Source: an uncultured Sangeribacter sp.
Lineage (GTDB): Bacteria; Bacteroidota; Bacteroidia; Bacteroidales; Muribaculaceae
Direction: 5' to 3'
DNA: 42,438 nt
Assembly: GCA_964618395.1 (NCBI GenBank)
Contig: CAZUAK010000001.1
Span: 11,856-54,293 of the forward strand
Below the pieces are notes generated by a model that was not told the DNA's origin, searched no databases, and was given only the letters and a program-made list of their open reading frames with translations. The position numbers and the translations under genes are program-made. Position 1 is the stretch's first letter, and each line of letters starts with the position of its first letter. This document shows positions 1-9,913 of the stretch, piece by piece.

Positions 1-35
1 CCTATTCTTTGTTCAAGTTTCTTTTCTTCGATCAT
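1..35 (-). CDS. possible 5' start of a gene running off the window (MIEEKKLEQRI...)
   Basis: ATG at 35-33 with an open frame to the window edge and an AT-rich upstream region; only 11 codons visible. Confidence 0.3.
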   Translation of the reverse strand, partial: MIEEKKLEQRI

Positions 36-305
36 TCCACACTTATTTTTTATACTTTAGACCGCCACGGACCGGTATGGTTTACTCTGCCCTCTCCAAA
101 AAATGTTAAGTAGCTCTTAATATGGCTGGAATCGCTCTAAAATTCAGTTCTACGATACCCTGAATAAGGTATTTTTTGGTCACGGAGAAAGAAAATCTGC
201 CGAATTTTTCTCACTCTGAAAGGCAAAAAGAAAATTTTTTTGTAATTTTACCGTCCCAAACTGTGGCGCGCCACGCGCGAAGCCCTTCACACCGAGTTCA
301 TCAAT

Positions 306-857
306 ATGTCGTATAAGGTACCCGTAGATGAGCGTCAGCTTCTTGACGATCTTAAGAACCCGCAGAAAATGCGGGAGGCCTTTGACATACTGATGAGACA
401 GTATGGAGAAAAAATGTATTGGCAAATCCGTAAACTCGTGACGAGTCACGACGACGCCAACGACCTTCTCCAGAACTCTTTCCTCAAAGCGTGGTCAAAC
501 CTCCACAACTTCCGGGGCGACGCCAAGCTCTCCACATGGCTCTACAAGATAGCCATCAACGAGTCGCTCAACTTCCTCAACCGCTCTAAAAACCAATCCT
601 CGCCCGAGTCTGCCGTAACGACGCAGGCCCTCGAGCACCTCGAGGCGGACGAGTATTTCGACGGCGACGAACTCAAGGCGCAGCTACACCGTGCCGTCGC
701 CTCGCTGCCCCAGAAACAGAGGCTCGTCTTCAACATGAAGTATTTCGACGAAATGAAATATGAGGAAATCTCCGAAATCCTCGGGACCAGTGTCGGAGCG
801 CTCAAGGCCTCCTATCACCACGCAGTCAAGAAAATCACGGAGATGCTCGAACTGTAA
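306..857 (+). CDS. ECF-type RNA polymerase sigma-70 factor
   Basis: 183 aa; region 2 (DANDLLQNSFLKAW...LSTWLYKIAIN) and region 4 HTH (LPQKQRLVF...YEEISEILGTSVGALKASYHHA). Confidence 0.93.
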   Translation: MSYKVPVDERQLLDDLKNPQKMREAFDILMRQYGEKMYWQIRKLVTSHDDANDLLQNSFLKAWSNLHNFRGDAKLSTWLYKIAINESLNFLNRSKNQSSPESAVTTQALEHLEADEYFDGDELKAQLHRAVASLPQKQRLVFNMKYFDEMKYEEISEILGTSVGALKASYHHAVKKITEMLEL

Positions 858-981
858 GACACCGCTCGCCTTTTTTTGAAACGGGGTTAAGAACCGGTTC
901 AGACACCTTGTCCATTAACGGCCTCGAAAAGCCGAGACACCCTGTAAAATCTTGAAACGGCCTCTAAAACTGACACTTCGG

Positions 982-2502
982 ATGACATACAGATTCTTTC
1001 CAATCCTTTTGAGTTCATTCTTCATACAGGCTGGCGCGGCGACTGTTTCGCCGTTTACTCCGTTTGTATATACGCGTCCGGACGGTTCGACGCTGACCGT
1101 CAACCGCCTCCCGGGATTGCAGTCCGACGCATCTTTCCCGGCTTTCGGAGAGCAGAAAGCCCTCGTCATCCTTGTAGAGTATCAGGATGTACGGTTTGAG
1201 CTTTCTGAACCCAGAGAATATTTCGACCGGCTGCTCAACGAAGAGGGGTTCGCCGATTTCGGGGCGACCGGCAGCGCGCGCGACTTTTTTACAGACAACT
1301 CCAACGGTCTCTTCCTGCCTCGCTTTGACGTCTACGGGCCTGTACTGCTCGACCACGAACGCGCCTATTACGGGGGCAACGACTACTATTATCACTCTGA
1401 CAAACAGCCGGAGATGATGGCCATAGAAGCGTGCAGTCTGCTCGACGCGTCTGTGGATTTCACCGAGTATGACCGAGACGGCGACGGAACGATAGACAAT
1501 GTCTTCATCTTCTTTGCCGGACGAGGTGAACCCGACGGCGGAGGCGACGACGCCGTCTGGCCCCATTCGGCCAAGCTGACAAGCTGGATTGAGACACCCA
1601 TCATGTTTGACGGCGTGCGCCTTGACGGATATGGCTGCGCGTGTGAGAAGGAAACAGGACTCGACCGTCCGGCCTCTATCGGGACCTTCGTACATGAGTT
1701 CTGCCACATCCTCGGCCTTCCGGACCTCTATCCTACTTATTACAGCGGTTCGTACACGCCAGGGCCGTTCTCAACGATGGACCAGGGACCGTATAACAAC
1801 GAAGGACGCACTCCACCGCTGCTCTCCTCTTTCGAGCGTGCGGCTTTGGGATGGATTGAGCCGAAGCCTCTTGAAAGCGACGGCACATATATGCTCAATG
1901 AACTCGGAGAAACCAACGAGGCATATCTCATCACCTCCGGCTCCCCTGATGAATACTACCTTTTGGAGAACCGCCAACAGAGGGGATGGGACTCATGGCT
2001 TCCCGGCCACGGGATGCTCGTCTGGCACGTCAGGTATGACGAGGAGGCGTGGAACAGTTTCAGCGTGAACAACGACCCTTACTACCAGCGTGTGGACCTC
2101 ATCGAGGCCGACAACTCTATTTATTCAGACGACAGGTCGGGCCATCCCTTCCCCGGTATCAACGGAGTGACGGCCTTCGGAAGCGTCACAACACCGAGAA
2201 TGGAGTTTGACAATCCCCCCGAAGTATCCGGACGGCTTTCTGAAATCACCGAAACAGACGGTCTTATAACTTTCCGGTATTCAACAGAGATGAACGGAAT
2301 CTCACCCATTAAGTCAGAAAACGGTGCTCCCCAAGACTTCCTCGTCGACGGACAACGGATAGAGGCGCTGAATCCCCTGACTATCTACTCAGCAGACGGA
2401 AAAATCCTCTATCGCATGGACCGGGGCGATACGCAGACAATAGACCGAAAAAGTCTGCTCATCATCCAGGGACCGACAGAAACACGGAAGCTCCTCTTCT
2501 GA
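982..2502 (+). CDS. M6 family (immune inhibitor A-like) secreted metalloprotease with probable T9SS-type C-terminal domain
   Basis: Signal peptide; KALVILVEY; DxDGDGxID; zinc motif HEFCHILGLPDLY; YYLLENRQ; GMLVWHV; C-terminal IYSADGK...TRKLLF. Start moved to ATG 982 (track start 952 is TTG). Confidence 0.88.
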   Translation: MTYRFFPILLSSFFIQAGAATVSPFTPFVYTRPDGSTLTVNRLPGLQSDASFPAFGEQKALVILVEYQDVRFELSEPREYFDRLLNEEGFADFGATGSARDFFTDNSNGLFLPRFDVYGPVLLDHERAYYGGNDYYYHSDKQPEMMAIEACSLLDASVDFTEYDRDGDGTIDNVFIFFAGRGEPDGGGDDAVWPHSAKLTSWIETPIMFDGVRLDGYGCACEKETGLDRPASIGTFVHEFCHILGLPDLYPTYYSGSYTPGPFSTMDQGPYNNEGRTPPLLSSFERAALGWIEPKPLESDGTYMLNELGETNEAYLITSGSPDEYYLLENRQQRGWDSWLPGHGMLVWHVRYDEEAWNSFSVNNDPYYQRVDLIEADNSIYSDDRSGHPFPGINGVTAFGSVTTPRMEFDNPPEVSGRLSEITETDGLITFRYSTEMNGISPIKSENGAPQDFLVDGQRIEALNPLTIYSADGKILYRMDRGDTQTIDRKSLLIIQGPTETRKLLF

Positions 2503-2579
2503 ACCGCACCAAAGCATCCATACCGAAATTTGGAACCCTACTCCATTCCGAACGATTCTACCGCTAAATCTCTAAAGAA

Positions 2580-2616
2580 AAAACTGCGCCGCCCTTTTTC
2601 AGAGCGGCGCAGTTTT
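2580..2616. terminator. bidirectional intrinsic terminator
   Basis: aaaactgcgccgc / gcggcgcagtttt inverted repeat between convergent genes. Confidence 0.8.
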
Positions 2617-2656
2617 ATTTGTCTATACTGAACGATCAATTACGTTCTCAGCAGAA

Positions 2657-3766
2657 TTAGTCCTTGTCAATAGTAAACTCTACGTCAGTCTCAGTCATCC
2701 AGTTTATTACTGCACCGGTGGCATCGGTCACAGTTTCGAAGACGATAGCTTCGAGGTCGGCAGCCGCACCGTCAAGTTTCACGTCGTAGTAGTATGTATT
2801 GCCCTTCAGCCAATTCGGAGTGAAGCGGCCATACATATCCTTATTGAGCACTACCTGTCCTTTGTTCTCAACCACTACGTGGAATGCGAGGGTAACGGTA
2901 CCGTCGCTTGCCTGGTAAGTTTTGGGCAATACATAAGCGTATTCCGAGAATACGGGGGCGGTTGCTGCCGTAGTAGAAACATAGTTATACTCAGTTACAG
3001 ACTCATCTTCCTCGTTGGTAACGGTTGTCTTGGTCTCAAGATTTACCAGCGCACGTTCGTTGTTTCTGCGTTTCACATCTACCCATCCTTCAACGGCATT
3101 GGGGTTAAAGTCACCCTGGTTGCAGATATTGTCGATGCGCACATCGCTGATCTTGACTACATAGTCCTCAGGGAAGAGGCTGGTGAAGCGAGCCCTTACC
3201 TTAGAGAGGATGTGGTTGAACTGGAAAGTAACTTTTGAGTTCTTTCCTTTTTCCTGTCCGAGGATACCGCCATAATTCTCACCGGTATTGGAAGCATAGA
3301 TCAGGTCATGCTGGTGAGTATTGTCACAGATGTATCCCTTGATCTTAAGTGCACGTTCTTCGGCGATGAGGTTATCATCCATTCTCATAGAGAACTTGCC
3401 AAAGTTGTCAGTGTCGAGCTTGGATACGTTACCACAGCTGTAAGCATAGAAGTAGTACTTCTCGCCTTCGAGCCAGTAACGTTTCTCACCTTCGTACTCC
3501 CATGCGCTTTTGCTGGAGTTCCAGGTCACGGGTACATCGTTGAAGACCTGAACGGCCACATTGTTGGCCGACGGAGTTACATAGAATCCGAATACATGGA
3601 ACTTTTCCAGTGTTCCTGTAGTCAGGTCTGCACGAGTCGGCTTGTTGACGACATTCTCGAAGCCGATGACGTTGAGGTCCTGATTTACCTCATCCAGAAC
3701 GTCTTCAGAGGCACATCCTGTCAGGAGGAGCGCACTCGCTGCAAGATAGAAAAATTTTCTCTTCAT
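2657..3766 (-). CDS. fimbrillin family (Mfa1-like, type V pilin) lipoprotein
   Basis: Lipobox LLTGC; IGF..V...TRA processing-like site; FHVFG; YW...YYFYAY; FNHILSKV; GNTYYY near C-terminus. Confidence 0.8.
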   Translation of the reverse strand: MKRKFFYLAASALLLTGCASEDVLDEVNQDLNVIGFENVVNKPTRADLTTGTLEKFHVFGFYVTPSANNVAVQVFNDVPVTWNSSKSAWEYEGEKRYWLEGEKYYFYAYSCGNVSKLDTDNFGKFSMRMDDNLIAEERALKIKGYICDNTHQHDLIYASNTGENYGGILGQEKGKNSKVTFQFNHILSKVRARFTSLFPEDYVVKISDVRIDNICNQGDFNPNAVEGWVDVKRRNNERALVNLETKTTVTNEEDESVTEYNYVSTTAATAPVFSEYAYVLPKTYQASDGTVTLAFHVVVENKGQVVLNKDMYGRFTPNWLKGNTYYYDVKLDGAAADLEAIVFETVTDATGAVINWMTETDVEFTIDKD

Positions 3767-3871
3767 ACGTTAGAAAATTTAGAGTGAATGAATTTAGGTT
3801 AATTATTATTTTTGAGTTTGTTTCTTTAGATTATCCAACCCCCGAGAGTCCGAGAGCCGTTTATCGATACT

Positions 3872-4918
3872 TTAGGTGTCCCCCTGGCCTCCGATAGGAA
3901 TCGGGACTGACACTCCCACATCTTCCCAGTCAGTGACATCCACTTCGAATCCTCCATCTTGTATACCTCCTGCCGGTTTTTCAATCTTGAGGCCCGTAAT
4001 AGTGATGACACCTCCGCGGGGCTGCTTCTTCACTTGGTCCGTGACGTCATAGTTGAACTCCTTAGTCTCTCCGTTCTTAAGTCGCACCTCAAGGTTGAGG
4101 GTGAACTTACGGTCATGAGAGCCGCTTCGTCCGTAATATACGTCAGGGAACCCGGGGATACCGAATGACCGTACGTGAGATTGGCAACAGCCGGATTTAA
4201 TCTCACAGTCAAAGAGGATGATGGAGGATTCCTCGGATGTGACGCCGGTTCGGAGATAGACCGATTCAGCCATTCCTCCGAGGGCTCCGCGGGCAAGTGC
4301 TACATATTCAAGACCTTCCTCGAAATCGAACCGGATGAGGTAGGAATAAACGAGGGGTTGCATCTTGACTGTCAGCTGATGTATATTATGGCTCTTAATG
4401 CCGGGTATATTCTCGATGAAGGCGGCATACAGGATATCGGGCGGGTTTGTTGTTCGCGCACCCTCGTGAACGGAATATATGGCTTCGAGAGAGGAACCGG
4501 CTCTTGAGCGTGAGGAGGCGGCGGCGCGGGCTTTGGTGAGTGAAGCGACGTCGGAGAGGACTATGTATTCCGTATCGCCGTTATACAGCAGCATGGAGCA
4601 TTCCCTTTCTTCCTCGACTTCAAATTTCAGACCCTCGGGCGAGAGGTATTTCTCCAGAGGGGCTCCATCCTCGAAATAACGGATTACGTTGACCCATTCC
4701 GGAATCGTGGGGCGTAAGTCATCGTATTCATAGCCGTGATAGAGCGCGTCCCATGTCGAGACATGGTTGTGGCCATAGTCACGTTCCCACTCCTGCTCCC
4801 ACGCGAACTTCAGGTCTATCGCCGGGAAGTGGTCGTAACACAGTTCCTGACGACACGAAGCCAACATCGGCAGTATGGCGAGCAAAACAGCTATTATGTA
4901 ATATCTGTCTCTTCTCAT
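3872..4918 (-). CDS. DUF5119 family lipoprotein (pilus-associated, FimB/Mfa2-like)
   Basis: Lipobox LASC-RQELCYDH; GMAESVYL; SFG; C-terminal GGFEVDVTDWED; lies between DUF3575 and fimbrillin. Confidence 0.75.
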   Translation of the reverse strand: MRRDRYYIIAVLLAILPMLASCRQELCYDHFPAIDLKFAWEQEWERDYGHNHVSTWDALYHGYEYDDLRPTIPEWVNVIRYFEDGAPLEKYLSPEGLKFEVEEERECSMLLYNGDTEYIVLSDVASLTKARAAASSRSRAGSSLEAIYSVHEGARTTNPPDILYAAFIENIPGIKSHNIHQLTVKMQPLVYSYLIRFDFEEGLEYVALARGALGGMAESVYLRTGVTSEESSIILFDCEIKSGCCQSHVRSFGIPGFPDVYYGRSGSHDRKFTLNLEVRLKNGETKEFNYDVTDQVKKQPRGGVITITGLKIEKPAGGIQDGGFEVDVTDWEDVGVSVPIPIGGQGDT

Positions 4919-6324
4919 TGGGCCGATACGGGATGACTGAATTTTTTACGGTCAAAGAAACGGTATGCGATAGAGAACTTCAGTTTGATTGGACCGAAGT
5001 AGTTGATTTTCTTTGACTTCATATAAACATGGTGGCCGTTGATGGGCAGATACTCCTTCACACGGGTATAGACATAACCCGCACCGAACTCTGCGTCGAG
5101 CGAGAAGTGGCGCCCGAGGGGCCACATGTACCCGACGGCCAGTCCGGCCATGGCACCTTCGCCATAGTATCCCTTGTGGCCGGGACCTTTGTCAAGGTCA
5201 TACCATCCGCCGCCGACAATGGCACCGGCATAGAGGCCGTGCCAGGGAGAGCGGACCTTGAACCAGCGACGCGCTTCGGCGTCGATGATGGCCAGACGGT
5301 AACTCTTCTCCTTCTTATAGCTGCCCCACCATGCAACATTGCCCTCAACCGCAACCGACCAGTGGTCGTTTATGAGCCACTCCAGTTCAAGGTTAGGGAG
5401 CAGGAGGGGATAATAGAGCATGTTGGTCTTCAGCGCGAAGAGATAGTATGGGGGCTCTTTAGAGCCGAGAAGGGTCCCGGTATCGCCTTGTGCAGAGACA
5501 CCGTTCATATCGATGTTAACGCCAGAGGCATCTGAGTGTGCGTCTGAGTTACCGGTGCCAACCTCTGAGTCACCGGAATTATCGCTAAGGTTTTCGGAAA
5601 TAACGGATATATCCGAGCCATCTGAAAAAACGAGAGTGTCTGAGGTGAGGCTTATAACATCGCCGAGGAGGCTACCGGGGGTTGCATTGGCTTCATCGGC
5701 AACAGCGTCTTCGTTTGTTGTGGGTTCCTCCGCTGTCGCGTCGTCGGTCAGATATATGGAGACCGCCACGGAGTTGCGCAGTTCGGGGAAGATATTGGCC
5801 ACCATCCATTTCCAGGGGCGGCCTCCGCGAAGGTCCATCAGCTGCTTCTTGCGGCCACTGACGATGTTCCCCTTTGAATCGAAGACATAAAAGGGCGTGT
5901 TGTCCAGAATGTCGAGGATTTTCTCTCTCGAAGGCACCAAGGTGTCTGCCTCCACCAGGTCACGAAGTTCGGCCCAGGCTATGCCTTCGGAAAACGATTC
6001 TATTATGTCGGGGTTTACTCCGGTTTTTTCCAAGATAAGGTCGGTGATTGTCGCGCAACGTTTTTGAGAAAGCCGGTTGTTGAATCTCACCGTGCCGTCC
6101 GGTGAGGCATACGCGCGGATAACGATATGATCAAGATTCTTTGAGGATGCAGCCTCGCGTACCTTCTCGATGAAGTGGTTCATCGCGGAGGCATTGTCCT
6201 CAAGCGTCGGGTCGAAGTTTGACCGTCCTATATGAAAGTACACTTTAACCGAGTCCGCACGAGTTTGGCCGAATGCGCAAATCGCAAGGATTAAAGCTAT
6301 TGTGCACGTAAGAATCTTTTTCAT
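4915..6324 (-). CDS. DUF3575 outer-membrane beta-barrel protein with N-terminal OmpA-like domain
   Basis: Signal peptide; AYASPDG...N.RLSQKR (OmpA-like); FALKTNMLY...PNLELEW; YFGPIKLKFSIAY. Start moved to ATG 6324 (MKKILT). Confidence 0.8.
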   Translation of the reverse strand: MKKILTCTIALILAICAFGQTRADSVKVYFHIGRSNFDPTLEDNASAMNHFIEKVREAASSKNLDHIVIRAYASPDGTVRFNNRLSQKRCATITDLILEKTGVNPDIIESFSEGIAWAELRDLVEADTLVPSREKILDILDNTPFYVFDSKGNIVSGRKKQLMDLRGGRPWKWMVANIFPELRNSVAVSIYLTDDATAEEPTTNEDAVADEANATPGSLLGDVISLTSDTLVFSDGSDISVISENLSDNSGDSEVGTGNSDAHSDASGVNIDMNGVSAQGDTGTLLGSKEPPYYLFALKTNMLYYPLLLPNLELEWLINDHWSVAVEGNVAWWGSYKKEKSYRLAIIDAEARRWFKVRSPWHGLYAGAIVGGGWYDLDKGPGHKGYYGEGAMAGLAVGYMWPLGRHFSLDAEFGAGYVYTRVKEYLPINGHHVYMKSKKINYFGPIKLKFSIAYRFFDRKKFSHPVSAQ

Positions 6325-6384
6325 AAACGTCCTGTCACACATTTGAGATTGTCGTGAGTTACCTCTGTCTAAAACTCAATGGCG

Positions 6385-6392
6385 CAAAGATA
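6385..6392 (-). promoter_or_regulatory. Bacteroidetes -7 promoter element (TATCTTTG) for pilus-like operon 1
   Basis: Matches TAnnTTTG about 60 nt upstream of the start; a second match (TACCTTTG) lies at 6566-6573. Confidence 0.6.
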
Positions 6393-6672
6393 ATATTTTT
6401 TATTGACAAATCGGTTCTCTGGCCGGCAGTAGTTAAAAATTTTAACATTTGAGACGGTCGGTGAGAACCCTACTGATTAGAGGAAGGTTAGTTATCTTTT
6501 TATCAGATTTAGTTTTAGCAAAGCCCTCGGGGCGCCTAAGTGGGGGGTATGATGTTTAGGTGATGCAAAGGTAATATTTATTCGTGAATAACATCACTGT
6601 TTCCGAATTATTTTTGTACTCTTTTAACATTCATGCCCTAAAAAGGTCCTCTATCCTTAATAAAAATAAACA

Positions 6673-6710
6673 AAAACCGGTGCGCCAAATCCATCTGGCA
6701 CACCGGTTTT
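6673..6710 (-). terminator. intrinsic terminator of grpE-dnaJ
   Basis: aaaaccggtg...caccggtttt stem flanked by A/T tracts downstream of dnaJ. Confidence 0.75.
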
Positions 6711-6725
6711 ATTTTCTTTATATGC

Positions 6726-6851
6726 TGATTGACTCTGCGGCCTTAATCGACTCTGGAGTCTCAATCGACTTTGCGGTCTCAAACCACCTTCAGGTCGTAA
6801 TCGACTCCGAGGTCTTAATTTACTTTGCGGTCCTAATCGACTCCGCGGTTC
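6726..6851. repeat. 18-bp degenerate tandem repeat, 7 units
   Basis: Units ~taatcgactytgcggtct start at 6726, 6744, 6762, 6780, 6798, 6816 and 6834; the last overlaps the dnaJ 3' end. Confidence 0.85.
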
Positions 6852-8017
6852 TCCTTGTTGAAGATGTGGCGCAGGCGCGAGAAGATGCGCTTGCTGGTCG
6901 CCTCGGTCGGAACGACGTTGGTCGAGTCCTTCAGGCTTTCTATGGCACTCTTTTCTGCATCCGAGAGGTTCTCGGGCACATAGACCATCACATTGACGAG
7001 CAGGTCACCCTTGACTGCGGGGTTGTTGAACTCGGGCAGGCCCTTTCCGCGAAGGCGCAGAACCTTGCCGGGCTGTGTACCGGCAGCAATCTTGACCTTT
7101 GCGCGGCCGTCTACCAGAGGAATCTCGGCCGAGCCGCCCAGGGCCGCTGTCGGGAAGTCAAGCATCAGGTTGTAGATAAGGTCGTTCTCGTCGCGGATGA
7201 GCTCCGAGTTCTTCTCTTCCTGGATGACGATGAGCAGGTCACCGTTTACGCCGCCGTGACGCGGGGCGTTGCCCTGGCCCTTGAGACGGAGCGTCTGACC
7301 GTCTTCGACACCGGCGGGGATGTGGAACGAAACGATCTCCTCCTTCTTCTGCACGCCGGTTCCGTGGCAGTACTGACAGTCTTCGGTGATGACCTTGCCG
7401 GTGCCGTTACACTGCGGGCAGACAGTCTCATACTGCTCCGCTCCGAAGATTGAACGGCGAACATTGGTGACATATCCGGTTCCGTGACACTGCGGACACT
7501 CGCGGAATGCGGTTCCGTCTTTCGCGCCCGTGCCGTTACAGTGCTCACAGGCAACAAAACGGGGAATCTTCAGCTTCTTGTCGACACCGTTCATGATGTC
7601 CTTGAGGCTCACCTTGACAGTGATGCGCAGGTCTGTGCCCTTGTTGACGTGCTGGCGGGGCTGACGCGCATAGCTGCGGCCGCCACCCATGCCGCCACCC
7701 ATGCCGAAAATATCGCCGAACTGCTCGAAGATATCCTCCATGGTGAACGAGTGGCCTCCGAAGGGGTTGCCCCCTCCGCCGAAGCCCTGCGGACCCATGT
7801 TGTGGCCGAACTGGTCATACTTCTGACGCTTGTCCGCGTCAGAGAGCACGTCGTACGCCTCGGCCGCCTCCTTGAACTTCTCCTCAGCCTCCTTGTCACC
7901 CGGGTTCTTGTCAGGGTGATATTTGATGGCAAGCTTTCGGTATGCTTTCTTTATTTCGTCGGCCGTAGCGTTCTTCCCGACGCCAAGGACCTCATAATAA
8001 TCTCTTTTCTCTGCCAT
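6833..8017 (-). CDS. dnaJ: molecular chaperone DnaJ
   Basis: J domain with HPD; G/F-rich region; four CxxCxGxG repeats; C-terminal domain. Confidence 0.98.
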   Translation of the reverse strand: MAEKRDYYEVLGVGKNATADEIKKAYRKLAIKYHPDKNPGDKEAEEKFKEAAEAYDVLSDADKRQKYDQFGHNMGPQGFGGGGNPFGGHSFTMEDIFEQFGDIFGMGGGMGGGRSYARQPRQHVNKGTDLRITVKVSLKDIMNGVDKKLKIPRFVACEHCNGTGAKDGTAFRECPQCHGTGYVTNVRRSIFGAEQYETVCPQCNGTGKVITEDCQYCHGTGVQKKEEIVSFHIPAGVEDGQTLRLKGQGNAPRHGGVNGDLLIVIQEEKNSELIRDENDLIYNLMLDFPTAALGGSAEIPLVDGRAKVKIAAGTQPGKVLRLRGKGLPEFNNPAVKGDLLVNVMVYVPENLSDAEKSAIESLKDSTNVVPTEATSKRIFSRLRHIFNKENRGVD

Positions 8018-8060
8018 GATCTTGTGGAATTTCGTGTTATGTCCTCAGAGAGGGGACGCT

Positions 8061-8708
8061 TTATTGACCGACTACTACTTTTGCGTGGCGAAGCACTTTG
8101 TCATTGAGCATGTAGCCTTTCTCGACGGTGTCGATGATCTTCCCTTTCTTCTCCTCTTCGGGAACGGGGACAGAGGCGATGGCCTCGTGCTTGTCGGCGT
8201 CGAAGACTCCGTCTGAGGTGTCCATGGCCTTGACTCCGTTGGCGGCCATGTACTTCACGAGTTTATTATAAATGAGCTCCATGCCCTCACGGATCGAGGC
8301 GGGGTCTTCCGCAGTCTCTGAGGCCTTCAGGCCGCGCTCGAAGTCATCGACAATCGGGAGCAGACCCTTTAGGACCTGTTCACCGGCATTCTTGATGAGT
8401 TCGGACTTCTCGCGGAGCGTGCGCTTGCGGAAGTTGTCGAACTCGGCCATCAGGAACATATATTCTTTCTTCTCTTTCTCAAGAGCGGCCTCGGTGTCGG
8501 CCAGTTTCTGATCTAAGGTCACCTCGACAGCCTCTGCCTGGGGATCTCCCTCGGCGGGATTGGCCTCATCATTGAGCTGTTCACCCTCCTCTACTGCAAA
8601 TTCCTCGGCTGAGAGGTTCTCTTTATCAACCTCGGGCTGAGAATTCTGAGGGTTATCAGGGTTATTTTTGTTTCCGTTGAAGAAGCGGTTATTCTTGTTC
8701 TTGCTCAT
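8061..8708 (-). CDS. grpE: nucleotide exchange factor GrpE
   Basis: AEFDNFRKR; LLPIVDDFER; FD...HEAI; KGYMLNDKVLRHAKVVV; directly upstream of dnaJ. Confidence 0.97.
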   Translation of the reverse strand: MSKNKNNRFFNGNKNNPDNPQNSQPEVDKENLSAEEFAVEEGEQLNDEANPAEGDPQAEAVEVTLDQKLADTEAALEKEKKEYMFLMAEFDNFRKRTLREKSELIKNAGEQVLKGLLPIVDDFERGLKASETAEDPASIREGMELIYNKLVKYMAANGVKAMDTSDGVFDADKHEAIASVPVPEEEKKGKIIDTVEKGYMLNDKVLRHAKVVVGQ

Positions 8709-8869
8709 AATCTATGGAGTGTTTTTCACGGTTATTTACAACAAAAACCGAGCCAAAATATGTTAATTCGGTCGCTTCAGCCCACAATTTCGTGGCCGAG
8801 ACCGCCTCAACAGGTCTCGATTCAGAATTATAACGCAAAATCCACAACAGAGGTTTATTGTGAATCGCC

Positions 8870-9748
8870 TCAAAGTTTGAGCGGGCATATAATGGTGCGG
8901 TCATCGAAATCGGAGAGCGATTTCAGCTCCGCAACCGCATCCATGGCCTCCAGCTCCGAGGGGTAGAGACCGAAGAGGGAGGAACCGCTCCCCGACATTG
9001 AGGCATAAACGGCGCCGGTGTCATAAAGCTGTGTCTTGATTCTTTGGAGCTCGGGCCACCTCGGGAAAATAGAGCGTTCAAAGTCATTGACGGCTACCTC
9101 CTTCCATTCCTCAACCGGAAGTTCGCCGAGCCTGCCGAGGGGGAAGGCGTCGGCATCTTTGTGAGGGACGACTCCGGCAAAAGCCTCGCGTGTGGAGATA
9201 TAGACGTCCGGCTTGACAATCACACACCACCAGCCGTCAAGAGGGAGGCTGACCGGGGTCAGACGCTCACCCACTCCCTCGCCATAACACGGGCGGTTAT
9301 ATATGAAGATGGGGCAGTCGGCTCCAAGCGAGAGGGCTATGCGGGCCAGTTCTTCCGCAGTCAGCGGACAACCGTGCAGCTCATTGAGCATCATGAGGGT
9401 GAAGGCCGCATCGGCGCTACCCCCTCCGAGTCCTGCACCGTCCGGAAGATGTTTTTCCAAGACAACCGAAACGGGTGCAGTCCGGGCAGACGCCTCGCGA
9501 AAGGCTCGCACCGCCCTATAGACCAGGTTCTTCTCCAACGGGCAATCGATAGGGTTTCCGCTGAACACGAAACTGTCATCGGGAGCGGACTGTATTTCGA
9601 GGGTGTCGCAGAACGAGACAGGGTTCAGCGGTGTACCGGCATACAACCCCACGGGCACAAAGAGTGTCTCGAGGTTATGGTATCCGTCCGGGCGACGTTC
9701 AGTAATCCGGAGTCCAATGTTTATCTTAGCATTCGGAAAGGTAATCAT
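8870..9748 (-). CDS. ispE: 4-diphosphocytidyl-2-C-methyl-D-erythritol kinase
   Basis: AKINIGL; DGYHNLET; GHMP motif PDGAGLGGGSADAA; MSGSGS. Confidence 0.96.
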   Translation of the reverse strand: MITFPNAKINIGLRITERRPDGYHNLETLFVPVGLYAGTPLNPVSFCDTLEIQSAPDDSFVFSGNPIDCPLEKNLVYRAVRAFREASARTAPVSVVLEKHLPDGAGLGGGSADAAFTLMMLNELHGCPLTAEELARIALSLGADCPIFIYNRPCYGEGVGERLTPVSLPLDGWWCVIVKPDVYISTREAFAGVVPHKDADAFPLGRLGELPVEEWKEVAVNDFERSIFPRWPELQRIKTQLYDTGAVYASMSGSGSSLFGLYPSELEAMDAVAELKSLSDFDDRTIICPLKL

Positions 9749-9791
9749 ACTTTACGAAAGATTTTTTACTGTTTTAAAGTTCACGAATCTG

Positions 9792-9893
9792 ACCGCCTGA
9801 ACAAAATTCCACTACGCGGTCGCGGCAGGCCTCCACCATACAACCGCCTGAACAAAATTCCACGACGCGGTCGCGGTAGGCCGCGACCCTACA
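9792..9893. repeat. 51-bp tandem duplication containing a GTAG-type REP-like palindrome
   Basis: Units at 9792 and 9843; minus strand 9892-9869 reads GTAG-GGTCGCGG-ccta-CCGCGACC. Confidence 0.75.
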
Positions 9894-9913
9894 ACCTCCC
9901 CAGTCCCTAAAAC

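Noticed and set aside
6584-7453. 289-aa plus-strand ORF with IDSAV-like repeats
   Set aside because: Antisense shadow of dnaJ extended through the 18-bp array and terminator; no independent protein signal.
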